Part shown: positions 24,666 through 37,120 of the stretch, one piece after another | Position numbering within the stretch: position 1 is the stretch's first letter | How the letters are laid out: every line of letters starts with the position of its first letter | DNA from: Heteronotia binoei | Taxonomy: Eukaryota | Reading direction: 5' to 3' | Assembly: GCF_032191835.1 (NCBI RefSeq) | Contig: NC_083227.1 | Location: 116,870,001-116,934,000 of the forward strand | Length of the DNA: 64,000 nucleotides | The notes under the pieces: model-generated | The model's input: the letters and a program-made list of their open reading frames with translations, nothing else | Told to the model about the DNA's origin: nothing | The model's database searches: none | Made by a program: the position numbers and the translations under genes

Positions 24666-25947
24666 TTTTATGTGTCCCAGATTCTGATTGAGACCACAGA
24701 GTGAAGAGAGATGAAGCTTTCCCTCCACCATCGTATGAAATGGCTCCATAGAACTGCTGTTTGCCCTGATTGGGCGGATATACTGATACAAGCTCATGAC
24801 ATATTTGCTTGCCATAATTGGGCAAATGGGCTTCACTGGTCTCTCTCAACTGAGGAAAACTGCATGGAGAAAATGCTTTATAAAAAAAAATTCTTTCTTC
24901 GTGCTATGGTCCTGATTGGCTTGTGTCCTTGTGCCATCTGATTTTTATAAGGGGGGGAAACGGCTGGGAACTCTGTGGAGCTCCCAGCATCTTATCTAGT
25001 TCTGCTATTGTTCATCACCTGTTATCTTGACAGTTTAATAATAAGGAATGAGAAAGGACAGTATACTTACATGGGAAGGATCACGGTAACTCCATAGAGG
25101 AGTTATCCCGCTACTCCATTGATCAAAGTCTGCAGTTTTCTTCCAGCTTAAGAAGCCTTCCTCCAGTGTAAGTAGCTCCAACTCCTACTGTTGGAAGAAG
25201 AACCAATAAGCTGGAGGAAGACTAGGGTACATGTCAATAATCTTCTTGTGTATCTAATCATTTCTTTCTTGACATAAAGTAAACAGCATTCATTCCTATG
25301 ATGGTCCATCTGTGTTGATTTATTATGAGGACCAGAGCACAGCCATCACTTGTCTAGACCATAACACAGGTACATACATTTTGTAATACAATCCCATGAG
25401 ACATTTTTTTTTTTTAGTTTTAAATAGTTTATTAAAATCTCAAAAGTAATACAAAAATAAAAAATAGAAAAATAAACCTTAGTTTTACAGAGCAAAACTA
25501 AAACAAAATTGATCAAGACTGCAAAATAATTTTCCCTGCTCGTTGGGATTCTACATTCAGTTGGCATCAGAGAGATTGAAAAGTGCAGTATGCAGTACAG
25601 ATTCTTTGTTTATACCCTTCTGAAAAGAGATGGGATGGTGGTGGCAAGGAGCTTAATGACACTGTTCTAAAGGTTTGTGTGTTTTCTATGGAAAGCCTCT
25701 TCGATAATTTTCATGGGTGGCATTTATTTGTAGGGGCATGTAATTCCTATGTACACTACTGACAATTTCACAAAACTACCTTAATGCATATATTAGCACT
25801 AGGGCTGTCAACAACAAAAAATTCAGTAATATCCGGATTTGGAAATATTCGGTAATAAATTTTTTGGTATTCCAGATATTACCAAATAAGGTATTCGGAT
25901 ATATCTTAATATACAGGTATATTCGGATATATTTGGTATTCGGCTCC

Positions 25948-26330
25948 CATTATATCCTATGAGCCATTGAAGTCAATGGCAAAATAGGGTATATTGGAAG
26001 CCACTTGGAGGGGAGGGGATTTGAAGGAGAGCCCCCAAACTTGCAGGGAACCTGCAGGGGACTCATCCCTACAAGACCCCCAATTCTCAAAAAGATTGGG
26101 CCAGGGGGTCCCTTTCCAGGGGCACCCCCATTCCGCCATTATACCCTATGGGCCATTGAAGTCAATGGCAAAATAGGGTATATTGGAAGCTTCCTGGAGG
26201 GGAGGGGGTTTGAGGGAGAGCCCCCAAAATTGCAGGGCAGCTTCAGGGGACTCTCCCCTACAAAACCTCCAAGTCCCAAAAAGATTGGGCCAGGGGGTCC
26301 AATTCCTGGGGCACCCAAAGCCAAACCTAA
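25948..26330. repeat. 189-bp tandem duplication inside the hAT element
   Basis: gaagtcaatggcaaaatagggtatattggaagc occurs at 25969 and 26158. Confidence 0.9.
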
Positions 26331-26473
26331 CTTCAAATCGGAGAATCCTATAGGACCCCAATGCACTAAATCTATTTACCTACTCTATATGCACCCTGGC
26401 CCCAATATAAACTCAGTTGCCTACTTCAGCACCACACAAAACACAATCTGCTCCAGGTCTGCTCTGCAGCAAA

Positions 26474-26940
26474 CCCAGATGCCAGCTCTCCAGGCCAGCC
26501 CCAAACAACACTGGGAGAGTTGCCCAAGCACACCAACCACACTGCTTCCAGGTATCTCACCCAGATGCCAGCCTCCCTGCCACAGAACACACCATCTAAG
26601 GATGCTAGCTCTCCAGGCCAGCCCCAAACAACACTGAGAGAGTTGCCCAAGTGCACCAACCATGCTGTTTCCAGGTTTCTCACCCAGATGCCAGCCTCCC
26701 TGCCACAGAACACACCATCTAAGGATGCCAGCTCTCCAGGCCAGCCCCAAACAACACTTGGAGAGTTGCCCAAGCACACCAAACATGCCGCTTCCGGGTT
26801 TCTCACCCAGATGCCAGCCTCCCTGCTACAGAACATACCATCTAAAGATGCCAGCTCTCCAGGCCAGCCCAAAACAATACTTGGGAGTGTTTCCTAAGTG
26901 CAACAACCATGCCCCTTCTGGGTTTCTCACCCAGATGCCC
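26474..26940. repeat. 123-bp minisatellite, about 4 units, inside the hAT element
   Basis: cccagatgcc recurs at 26560, 26683, 26806 and 26930. Confidence 0.92.
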
Positions 26941-28351
26941 ACAGGAAAATGGTAGGGAATAGTGACCTTGACCCAAGGGACCAGAACAGGCTACCCAAGG
27001 TCCAAAGCATCAGAGCACAGCAAACCAGGAAGGGTTACCAGGCCCCACCCCCCACACCTTCCTCCATTGAAGAATTGCAGTTTCTCCCTTCTCCCGACTT
27101 TGCACAACAAAAAAAAAGCCCTGCAGAGTCCTGCAGAGCCATGTATTTCCAATTTGCAGAAATGCATGTCTCTGATTGGTCAGAGGCCTCCCCCCCCCCC
27201 CATTCCCTCACCCCAGCCAGAGGTAGGAAAAGGCCAGGGAAAGGCAGGAAAGGCAATCATAGACTGCCTTTTCCCTTTTCCCATTGTTTTCTATGGAAGG
27301 AATACCTTTACTTAATATTTCCAAATAATACTGTAATTATTCGGAAATCTGGTATTTGGACTTTAAAAATAGGCTCAGATGCCTATCCAGAATACCTATT
27401 TCCGAATATTTTCCGAAAAGGCTATATTTGGTAAATATTTGGTAAACCTTTATCCGAATTGACAGCCTTAATTGGCACATGTCACATTGGGGAATGTTTC
27501 CCCTTCCATCCTCAACTATAAATAATATATCAATAAATTAGGTGGCAGATTTCTCTAATGTAGTTGATAGGAGAAAACAAACTCTCTCCAAAAACAGATT
27601 TAGGACTCCTATATGGGAATTTATGGGTAGATTGGGGAGGGAGAAATCTAAATTGTTCCCATTACATAGCTATTAAGAATTTTGAAGCTTGGATAGTATA
27701 TTTGGATCCTGGAGTCAAAATATGATATCTGTTCATGGTCAATCCTGTCAATCCTGTGATCTCAGTTTTTGTTGAACAAATTTGGGATATAATTGGCATG
27801 CTCATTAACTGCTGCCTATGTTATCAAGTAGGAGCTTGATGCTTCCATGAGTCCAACAAAAGTGGAAATGTTATCTTCTTCCTATGCTCATTGTATTGTG
27901 TGTTTACATTGTCATGATCACTTTGACTCAGTAATAATGTAAAAATGTTTGGTTTGATATAATGTTTTATCCATGTTTTTGTTTTTGATTTTTTTAAAAA
28001 TATAGTATTTCTTATTATACAATTATATAGGCATGCAATTCAAATTGTATTTTTTTCCAATGATCATTCTCGTGATTTACAAAGTATATCACTGATTATC
28101 CATATAATTTTCAATAATACTTCCATTTTGGCAATATCAAGTGTTGGAATTTCAGCAACTTTCCAATGTCTAATTAAAACAATCTTTGCTACTATTTTTC
28201 AGATTTTCAATAACTAATCTTTAAATGTAGAGTGTTATTAGAAAAGTAAATGATTGAAAATTTAAACCATGAACTATCAGATGTCAGCAAAAAAAATAAA
28301 TAACCAAATTGTTCTTCCACTGTGGTTTTTAAATAAGGGGTTAGATCTAAA

Positions 28352-28531
28352 CAGGGCTTTTTTGTAGCAGGAACTCCTTTGCATATTGGGCCACACTCCC
28401 TGATGTGGCCAATCCTCCAAGAGCTTACAGGGCTCTTATTACGAGGCCTACTGTAAGCTCCAGGAGGATTGGCTACATCAGGGGTGTATGGCCTAATATG
28501 CAAAACAATTCCTGCTACAAAAAAAGTCCTG
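28352..28531. mobile_element. Palindromic hAT MITE (CAGGGCTT-type TIR)
   Basis: cagggcttttttgtagcaggaa ... ttcctgctacaaaaaaagtcctg. TSD gatctaaa/gatccaaa. Confidence 0.85.
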
Positions 28532-29028
28532 GATCCAAAGGGCTATTAGTGTAGCTCTGCTGATCTTTCTTACTTAGTTTCAAGGAGAGCACAGGGCCTG
28601 CAGCTAAACTGTGATCCCTGAAAATAGCTCTGTGGATGTGAGAGAACCCTTGAAGACAGTGCAGGGTATATAATGTGGGCATCTGCATTAAGAAGCAACA
28701 ATCAGTGATCCCCCCCCCCCCGCAGTTTACTTAGCGAAGAGGAAATTCTGATCTGATTTGTGAGAAAATAAGAGATGCAACAGATTTATTTTTAAAAGGA
28801 ATGATTGTTATGCTGCCAGAAGAGGTCTTACCTCTTGGATGCCAAATTCTAGTAGCATAGCTACATGTTGCATCCCTGTCTTACTTTATTTAGTTGCTGC
28901 TGTCTGCTTAAACTACCTTCTCCCTTTGCTGATTGGTCCTATAATTTTTGTGCATATGGTGATGTTTGCAGAGAAAACATTCCCTCTTGCTTCCTAACCC
29001 CCAAGTCTGCAAACCTTTCACTCTAGCT

Positions 29029-30155
29029 CAGGGGTGTCAAACTCATTTGTTATGAGGGCCTAATAAATGAGACTTTGTTGGGCCATCCACGTGTGTCATA
29101 AAATGTAATACCAGGTAGCAGAGATATAAAGTTTATAAAAGATACAGACAAACACAAATATATTATAATAGAGTTGGAAGGGACTTCCAGGGTCATCTAG
29201 TCCAACCCCCTGTACAATGCAGGAATTTTACAAATACCTTCCCCCACACACAATACCCTTTTTTACTTAAAATACAAACATGCTTAAAACATTAACTCTC
29301 TTGCAATATTTTGTTACTGATGTCCCCATGCTTCCTGGAGTGAGGAGTCTACAAAATTAAACAAGTGTTTGTCACATAGCTATAGTCCTCTCCAGAAACA
29401 TAACTGCAACTCCTAACAGGCAGTGCAATAATAAACGGACAGCAATGTATAGTGGTCAGTATGAGCCTACTATTTGGAGGCTTAGGTTCAAAATCACCAG
29501 TCGATAAAATGAAATGTGCTGGGTGAACTTGGTCTGGACAAACACTCTAAGCTTAATGCCCACCTCACTGGCTTTCTTTGCACACACACACAGACCCTCG
29601 GTAGCAAGGCTAGGGGAAGAGGGAGAGGTGGGCCCATGTGCACCTGGGAGAACTACAGCATAACAAGAATACACAAACAGAGAGAGAGAGTAGCAAGGCA
29701 CAGGAAAGCTCATACTTTGAAGAAAACTTTGTTGATCTTAAGGTGCCACTGGACTCAAACTTGGCTTTGAACACACAGTGACATTCGGGGAGGGGGAGGG
29801 AAAGAGGAAGCAGACCCAGCTCCTATCTTAAAGAAAACTTCATTGGTCTTAAGATGCCACTGGACTCAAACTTGGTTTTGTACACACAGAGACCCACAGC
29901 AGCAAGGCAAGGAGAGGCATACCCAAGTATTGAGGGGGGTGGGATTTTCATGGGAAAAGAGGAAGTAGCTGATCAAAACCACCAGGAAAAAGTCAGTCAC
30001 ATGGAGCTGCCAATCTTACTGCTGTTCCCAAGAGTAATTGGCAGTAAATATTTAACTGCCGGAGGGCGATCATGGTGGGGCACTCTACCCATGAGACAAA
30101 TTAACGACCTCAGAGGGCCAGTTCCATCCCACGAGCCATATGTTTGACACCTCTG
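29029..30155 (+). mobile_element. Non-autonomous hAT (Charlie-like) element with nested CR1 tail
   Basis: TIRs caggggtgtcaaac and gtttgacacctctg. Perfect TSD ctctagct at 29021-29028 and 30156-30163. A partial homologue lies at 62140. Confidence 0.88.
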
Positions 30156-32119
30156 CTCTAGCTGGTTCTTATCAAATTATTGCAGTTATAATTAAAGCAC
30201 AATGAATTAGAACCAAGAAATCATTTGCCCAGATGCCTGAGATGGCTCATTTTAAATCATGTGTTTGTGAAGTGCATTGGTCCAAAGACCAGTCCTCTCA
30301 CAAACCAACCATGCAGCCTGCATTTTAAAAAGGCAGTCTTGTTGCAACTATGTGGGCCATGTGCAAGTCCCAGTTACAATTATTGTATTAGCTTCCAGTG
30401 TTTCACTCTGGCATTTCACAGAAAGAGTGGCAATAAGTTATCTCTATGGAGCCTTTTATGTCTAGTGCGCAAACAGCCTGATCCACAGGTGAGTTATATG
30501 TCAGTCCCATGATATGAATCAATTTAGTACAATTGGAGTCGACATGATGGGTAATTGGCCTTAAACTGAAGTAATTGTTTAAACAAGTTGGTGGACTGGA
30601 AGAGTTTATTTCTTACTATATGCTATAGATCACCTTATACATTTTTGAGATTTTGAGGAAACAAGCTGGAACTCAAGTTGAGTGGAAGCCTCATAAATGC
30701 CACCTACAGTTGCCAGCTGGGGATCCCCCAATTTTGCAGGCTCTTGCCTGCCACTGGCCCCAACCCAACAGCCATGACCTGGCATGAAATCCCCAATGTG
30801 ATGACATCATGTGGAAGTGGCATCATCATGACAGCAATGTGAAAGTGACATCATGGCAATGTCACACACAGTGACATTGTCCACTTGCCCCCCACACCCA
30901 GAAAGCTCCCTCCCATCCTGACTGGCAAGAACCTAGAACCTACTACCTCTTCAGGGGCTCATATGGAATATGTTGCATATGTTACAGCAGTGGTGTGACT
31001 ACTGGTGAACAGTTGTTTCTGCCTGCTTGGAGTCCTACATAGTTGTGATAACATTTCTAAGCTTTAATCACATAATTTGTCTACATCATGTGACTACTTC
31101 CTAGGCCAACATCATAGCGATGTGATTTTGAAACTAACTGCACCGTTGAGGTGGCCAAGATGTTCAGTGTTTACATACATTATAACTGCAATGCTATGTG
31201 TGCTATCAAACCATATGAAAACAGATGGTTTGATAGCTATGTGGGCTATCAAACCATATGAAAACAGATTTTCAAAGTCAGCCATGCTACAACATTTATA
31301 TGTAAACCAAATCTGAGTTACAATTAATGTAAAGCACTAATCTCAGACAGTGCAATAGGAAATAGTTTATGAACTGTTGGGGGGGGGGGGTGTTATGTGT
31401 ATGTGAGTCTGTCTGCATTGCAAAGCAAAATACAAAATCAAGGGCTTAGGCAGATGAAATTTGAACTTGCTCAAATTCATGAGTAGTGCAGGAAGTTAAA
31501 ATTGGTTACACTCAAGGGGTTTTCTAGGTGATCAAAGTGTGTTGCAACTTTGCCAAATGTCCTTCGAAGTTCTGAATGAGTAACAGTAGAGTGTTATCTT
31601 CTCCACATGTACATGGGGAAGACAACTTTGCTGCTCATCTCTTTCTGAAAAGTTTACAGAAGATTACAATTCTAAGAATATAATATAAAATAAGCTCAAT
31701 ATGGATGGGAATGGGAAGGGAAGAGATGGCTAGCGATTCAGGTGTTGATGTGTTTTTTTAAATATTGTTGAAAATGGCTTCTGTATATTAGGAGTATATG
31801 AAATCTTAAATAGAAAAAATACCTGAGCAATCAAAACAAGCCCATTTGCCATGGTTTAATGGGGAAATATGCATATTTCAATGTATTCTGGACAGAAAGG
31901 CCCAGTTAGATTGGATTCAATATAGATCATATAATCATCACTAAGAGGGATTCAGTTTTCTCTCCTGCATCTTAAGAGACATTTGGGCCCTGGATCAGCC
32001 GCAGAAAAACATTTGCATTCTCCCCCTTTCCATGCATATGCCTTTCTCCTGAAGCAGGGTCAATATGTACTCAGATTTATGAAATTGTTGTTTTGAATTT
32101 CCTTGCATACAGTTTGGAG

Positions 32120-32956
32120 TAGGGTTGCCAAGTCCAATTCAAGAAATATCTGGGGACTTTGGGGGCGGAGCCAAGAGACTTTGGGGGTGGAGCCAGGAGA
32201 CATTGGGGGGGGGTGGAGCAAGGAACAAAGGTGTGACAAGCATAATTGAACTCCAAGGGAGTTCTGGCCATCACATTTAAAGGGGCAGCACACCTTTTCA
32301 AATGCCTTTCTTCCATAGGAAATAATGAAGGATAGGGGCACCATATTTTGGGGCTCATAGAATTGGACCCTCTAGTCCAGTTGTTTTGAAACTTGGGGGG
32401 CATTTTGGGGAGAGGCACTAGATGCTATACTAAAATTTTGGTGTCTCTACCTCAAAAATAGCCCCCCCCCCGAGAGCCCCCAATACCTGCTGATCAATTC
32501 CCCATTATTTCCTATGGGAATCATTCTCCATAGGGAATAATAGAGTGCCCAGTAGACATTTTCCTCCCCCCTCACACTTTCTAAAGTGGGGTGAAGGCCT
32601 CCAAACTAGGGAATCCCCTGCCCCCTCCCTCTCTCATATGCACAAATACTTACTGGGTCTTGTTCCTGCAGAACTTTACTGGCTCTGAAAATGAAAGCAT
32701 AAGAAAGGGAGGGGCCGTTCTCTGAGGAAACTGTTACTGATCCTTTCCCATGAAGCCCTTCCTGTTCCCTACTTCCTACACAGCCTTAAAGGCACACATT
32801 TTAAAAACTGTTTGCAGGTTTCTAACCCTGCAGGAGCTCTAAATCTACAGAATGACTGTGGGGGCAGGGCTTCCCCTACTGGCCAGCTGGCTGGGGGCGG
32901 GGAGAAGCCTGTCAAAATGGGGGATCTCTGCTGGGACCTGGGGATTGGGAAGCCTA
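32120..32956 (+). mobile_element. Non-autonomous hAT element (837 bp)
   Basis: TIRs tagggttgccaa and ttgggaagccta. Perfect TSD gtttggag at 32112-32119 and 32957-32964. Confidence 0.9.
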
Positions 32957-33044
32957 GTTTGGAGGGTTAGATCCATTGACTTCATTTTACCAAGCAAGGA
33001 GCTTTGCTTCAGCAAAAGCAGACTTCCTGATTTCAACCTAAGAT

Positions 33045-33359
33045 CAGGGCCAACAGTAGGCACAGTGCCTAGGGCCCACAGTACTTTTAGGGGGCCATGA
33101 AAATGTTTTAATTTCTTTTAAAATCAAAAGGAGGAAAATGAACTTTTAGGGTGAAAGTGTTTAAATCTTTGTCTCAAATCAGAAAAAAAAAATGAAATTT
33201 TAGAACCCACGAAAATCTATTACATTTTGTCTAACACAGAAAAAAGCTGAAGTATTTAAAGTTATATCAAAAATAATTTTAATATTGATATTATTGTGGT
33301 GGGAGGGGCCCACAAAGGCAAAAGTGCCTAGGGCCCACAAAAATCATAATGCAATCCTG
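33045..33359 (+). mobile_element. hAT-type MITE (315 bp)
   Basis: Perfect TSD cctaagat at 33037-33044 and 33360-33367. cagg...cctg ends and repeated gtgcctagggcccaca subterminal motifs. Confidence 0.8.
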
Positions 33360-33710
33360 CCTAAGATGTTCACTGATGGTATAAAAGTCACTTCTGATTC
33401 TTATGAATGAGATTTGGATTGAGACTTAACAGATTTTTTGAATATTTTAACTTACATGGGACTACCTTCCTAATATATATTGTCATATTTTTAAGGCTTC
33501 TTGCCACAAACTTTCATTTAATTTTCTAGGGTTACAAAACTTAAATTAAGTTCTTGTCTTATTTTAGTGCATGCCCCCCGCCCCCAAGCTGTTCCTCAGT
33601 GTAGTGTGTAAAATCCTAAATGTATCATATACACAGCTAGTAAATGTTTGACATGGATGATCTCATGCGCAAAGTGACTGATCTTTCCCATCTCTTGCCT
33701 ATTTTAACAG

Positions 33711-33742
33711 CTATATCTGGCATGATCGTCCCCCCCATGTGA
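33711..33742 (+). CDS. EBF1: EBF1 last coding exon segment (AISGMIVPPM*)
   Basis: tctcttgcctattttaacag acceptor, phase 1. TGA at 33740-33742. The peptide is the canonical EBF1 C-terminus. Confidence 0.96.
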
Positions 33743-36700
33743 AAGAATTGCCTTGAAGAATTCTACTAATGAAGAAGGTTGGATTCTGCTTCTGAACAAA
33801 ATCAGACACAAGTCCCAGAGTGGAACTTTTAACTCAGGCCTTTTTCTTTTCTTTCTTTTTTTTTAAAGAGGAAGTTCACAATATTTGCAAAGTTTTTAAA
33901 TAAATACAGTTTAAAGCCTCACCACCATCCTTGCAATATAATACTGAAATTCATGAAGAATCTGGAGGTGCAAGGTGTTCATTCAAGCTGTCCAGCCCAA
34001 GTACTTGGGAGAAAGAATTATTTTGTGTCATGAAGAAAATCCATCCATGTTTCTCTCTCTTTTTTTTCTTTTTGTTTTTCCAGCCTTGATTTAACTCTGC
34101 TGCCATTTGTCTGTTACAAATCATACTGAGAGAAGGGGGCACTATCACAGATGGCCCTTTTATTTAATTAAAAAATATTTTTTAAAGCTGTGTGCAGAGA
34201 AGGCAAGTGGTAACACTTAAAATGAGCTTGTACGGAACAGAAGTAGAAGTGCCAGATAAGGGTGGTTGTTTTCTTTCCTTAGAAGAGTAAAGGGCCATGC
34301 CAGTTAAGGGTTGGCTCATGCGTGTTACTCATCCAGAGAAAGTTTGCTCATCTGACGTTTTGCATTCTTGGTATGTTTGTGTGGAGGTATATATATATTC
34401 ACACACACACACACATACACACACACCATTAATTAGAATTCCAAGTCTATTTTAGAGGCAGTAAGACTTTTTTGACCCTCTGTTTTTTAGAATATCGTAC
34501 TTAGGTGATTGTGTAAATAATGCAAGACAGAAAATTAGCAAAAGTGTAGCTAACGACATGCATATCCCAACTTTACCTTGAAAACCCAGTGCCTCTGGAT
34601 ATAATGCTGAAACTGCAGAATTAGATTAGCATGGCTCTCTATCTTTAGCTTATATCAAAACCTTTCCAAATGAGTGGCCTCCCTTACTCTCTTAAATGCA
34701 GTTTAACCCCAGTCTATGCATACAAATCTCTTTGGGATTTGATGCAACAGAACAAAGGCACAAATGTGAGCCACTTTTATACATTTTTCTTTGCATTTTC
34801 TCAGCCAGAATATAATCCCTAGCTTGTTTCTAGGGTTTTTTTTTCCCTTTGGGGGTCAAAAGGCAGAGACAGGATTCATCCTGCCAGTCCACAGACGGCC
34901 CAGAAGCACACAAACACATTGGTCGGTTTCAAGCTTCGATCGCTTTTGTATTCATGAACCCTTTCAGTTGGAAACATAATCTCTTAAATAAAAGGTAATG
35001 GCTTCTTCAACAACAAATATGAAAGAGAGTTGAAGAAGAGAGAAAAGTATAGGAAGGTTACAGGTCCCATCCTCACTTACAGGAATTTTGCTCCATTTTT
35101 TGGGAAACTATTTGTGACATATTTAGTCAAAGGTGCAGCAAACTTCAGAGGATGCATTACCCAATCTTTTGTCTTTGCCATTGCGTTTTGTACGTAGTTA
35201 TAAATAATGTAGATTTTGGGTGATTTTTTTTGGCCAAAGTTATTGTTATATTTATACATTATAATGTCTTAAGACAGTTTTTCAATCACACACATACACA
35301 CAAAAGAATTACTGCATATTTTGCAAAATGAGCTCACTACCTTTAAGATTGCACATGCTTGCAAATTGAATTAAAGAAAAAAAAGCTTTTTTTAAAAAAT
35401 GAAGGATTTTGTAAAATATCCATATAAATAATGTATTTATCTTTGGAATTTGTACATTGCTTTTCCCCCTGCAGCACCCTCTGTTTATTTTATTGTGTAT
35501 GTTTGCTATGTGAAAAGTGCTAATTCGTTTGGTCACTCACAGGTGTATTAGCTGTTTAAATGTGATTTTAATACAATTCATTTATAGGGTTTTTTAGTAA
35601 TTGTTTTCAACCATGCTTCCATTTTTGTTTAATTTCCACTCAAAAGCCATCGTCTATTTTTGTATTATTTGTAAGTTAAAAAGTTTTTTTCCCAATATAT
35701 GGCAAAAAGTAGCATATTATTCTTGTAGCATTTAGTTAAGTAGATTTTTTAAAAGTATCCTTTGCTTTTGAGGCTTATAAAAAAATCTAATGCTGTTTTA
35801 CTCTATTAATATGCATGGGATCTCTCCCCTTTGGAGTGACGCATTTTTGTGCATTAAATATGGGGAGAAACTTCATAGAAATCAATGAAAATACTTTCTT
35901 TCTTGTCTGCTTGTATATTTCTCTGTCTTTCACATAAATATAAACCAGCAGATTGGATGCCTTAACAATGCAAATCATATTCATTTCACTTGTACATTGT
36001 ACTGCGCACCAGAACTGTCAATCATCACTAACATTCTAAGGAAAAAAATGGAATTTGAAAAGCACAAACGAACTGTTTTGTTACCTTAAGACAATGTGAC
36101 TTTTTCTAGACAAGCAACAATGCTGCAACTGTGCATGCTTTCTGTATGAATTTTGCAATGAATTTCACTCAGATGTCACTGTGTGATCTTTTGGGAAAGG
36201 GAATGGGGTGGGGGAGGACAAAGAAGAGAAAAATTCCAAAAGGTTATTGCCCATGGAATGGTTAAGAACATATTTACACATAAAGAAACTGGAAAATATA
36301 AGGAATATCAATGTATTGCTACTCAATAGTCCATACATTTATTCTAATTCACATAGTGAGCAACAGCACTGCAATGTAATCAAATTTAAAGCCATATTTT
36401 GTCCAGTCATGCCCTTCACTGAATCCCATTCAGACTGATGCATCTGTTTAGATGCCCATGCAAAGTCATGTCCATATGTATCCCTTTCTTTGAACATCCA
36501 AAGATCCTTTGACAAAATGTAGAATTTGTTTCTATCTCCAGCTATTTATAGTGTGCTGATAAAAGGGAATCTATATTTAAAAAGCCCCCTCAGCCCCACA
36601 ACTTTTGTGTGATTATTACAGATGCCGCTCTTTACAGAATATGGCTTTAAGTGGAAATGATCATGTTTTAATCTTTACCAAGTGAAGCCCCACATTGGCT

Positions 36701-37120
36701 GGATTGTGTGAAGGATGCCTATTTCCTCTTCATTGTATCTGACTGCATCTAAAAAGAAAATCATCTCTGATTCTACTAATTTCTCACCTCCTTAACTAAA
36801 CCTTTTGGAATAGATACACACACACTGTACAGTCCTATTGTTAGAGAGAACTAACTACTGTAGAGATTGTTATAATTTTTTTGCAGAAACTCAAGCTGTA
36901 AAAACTTTTCAACTTTCACAATATTTAATTAAAGTTACTTCCTGTCTGTGAGTGCAGCTCCTGGCCGTGTATTTATTCATTTGACTACTGGGTCAACAGA
37001 CAATTAGAAATGCTGAGTGAAAGCCAGCAAGTGACCAGATAGAAATGCCTTCTTTTCTGTATTTTATGCTGCAAAACAAACCAGCAGAAAAAGGAGAATA
37101 AAACTACATTTATTGAACTC
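33743..37120 (+). other. EBF1: Probable long EBF1 3' UTR
   Basis: AU-rich and free of recognisable transposons in an otherwise TE-dense window. AATAAA at 33899, 34987 and 37097. The distal end is inferred. Confidence 0.6.
37097..37102 (+). terminator. Candidate distal polyadenylation signal (AATAAA)
   Basis: AATAAA near the end of the TE-free block, preceded by a U-rich tract. TE-like sequence resumes at about 37480. Confidence 0.5.

Larger units (their letters stand above)
25800..27470 (+). mobile_element. Non-autonomous hAT element (1671 bp) carrying internal tandem repeats
   Basis: TIRs tagggctgtcaa and ttgacagcctta. TSD attagcac/attggcac with one mismatch. Repeated subterminal attcgg/ccgaa motifs. 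Confidence 0.85.

Noticed and set aside
26005-26955. Repetitive ORFs in five frames and a CRISPR-like periodic look
   Set aside because: The 123-bp and 189-bp periods are multiples of three, which keeps frames open. The units are whole tandem copies with no unique spacers, there are no cas genes, and the DNA is vertebrate.
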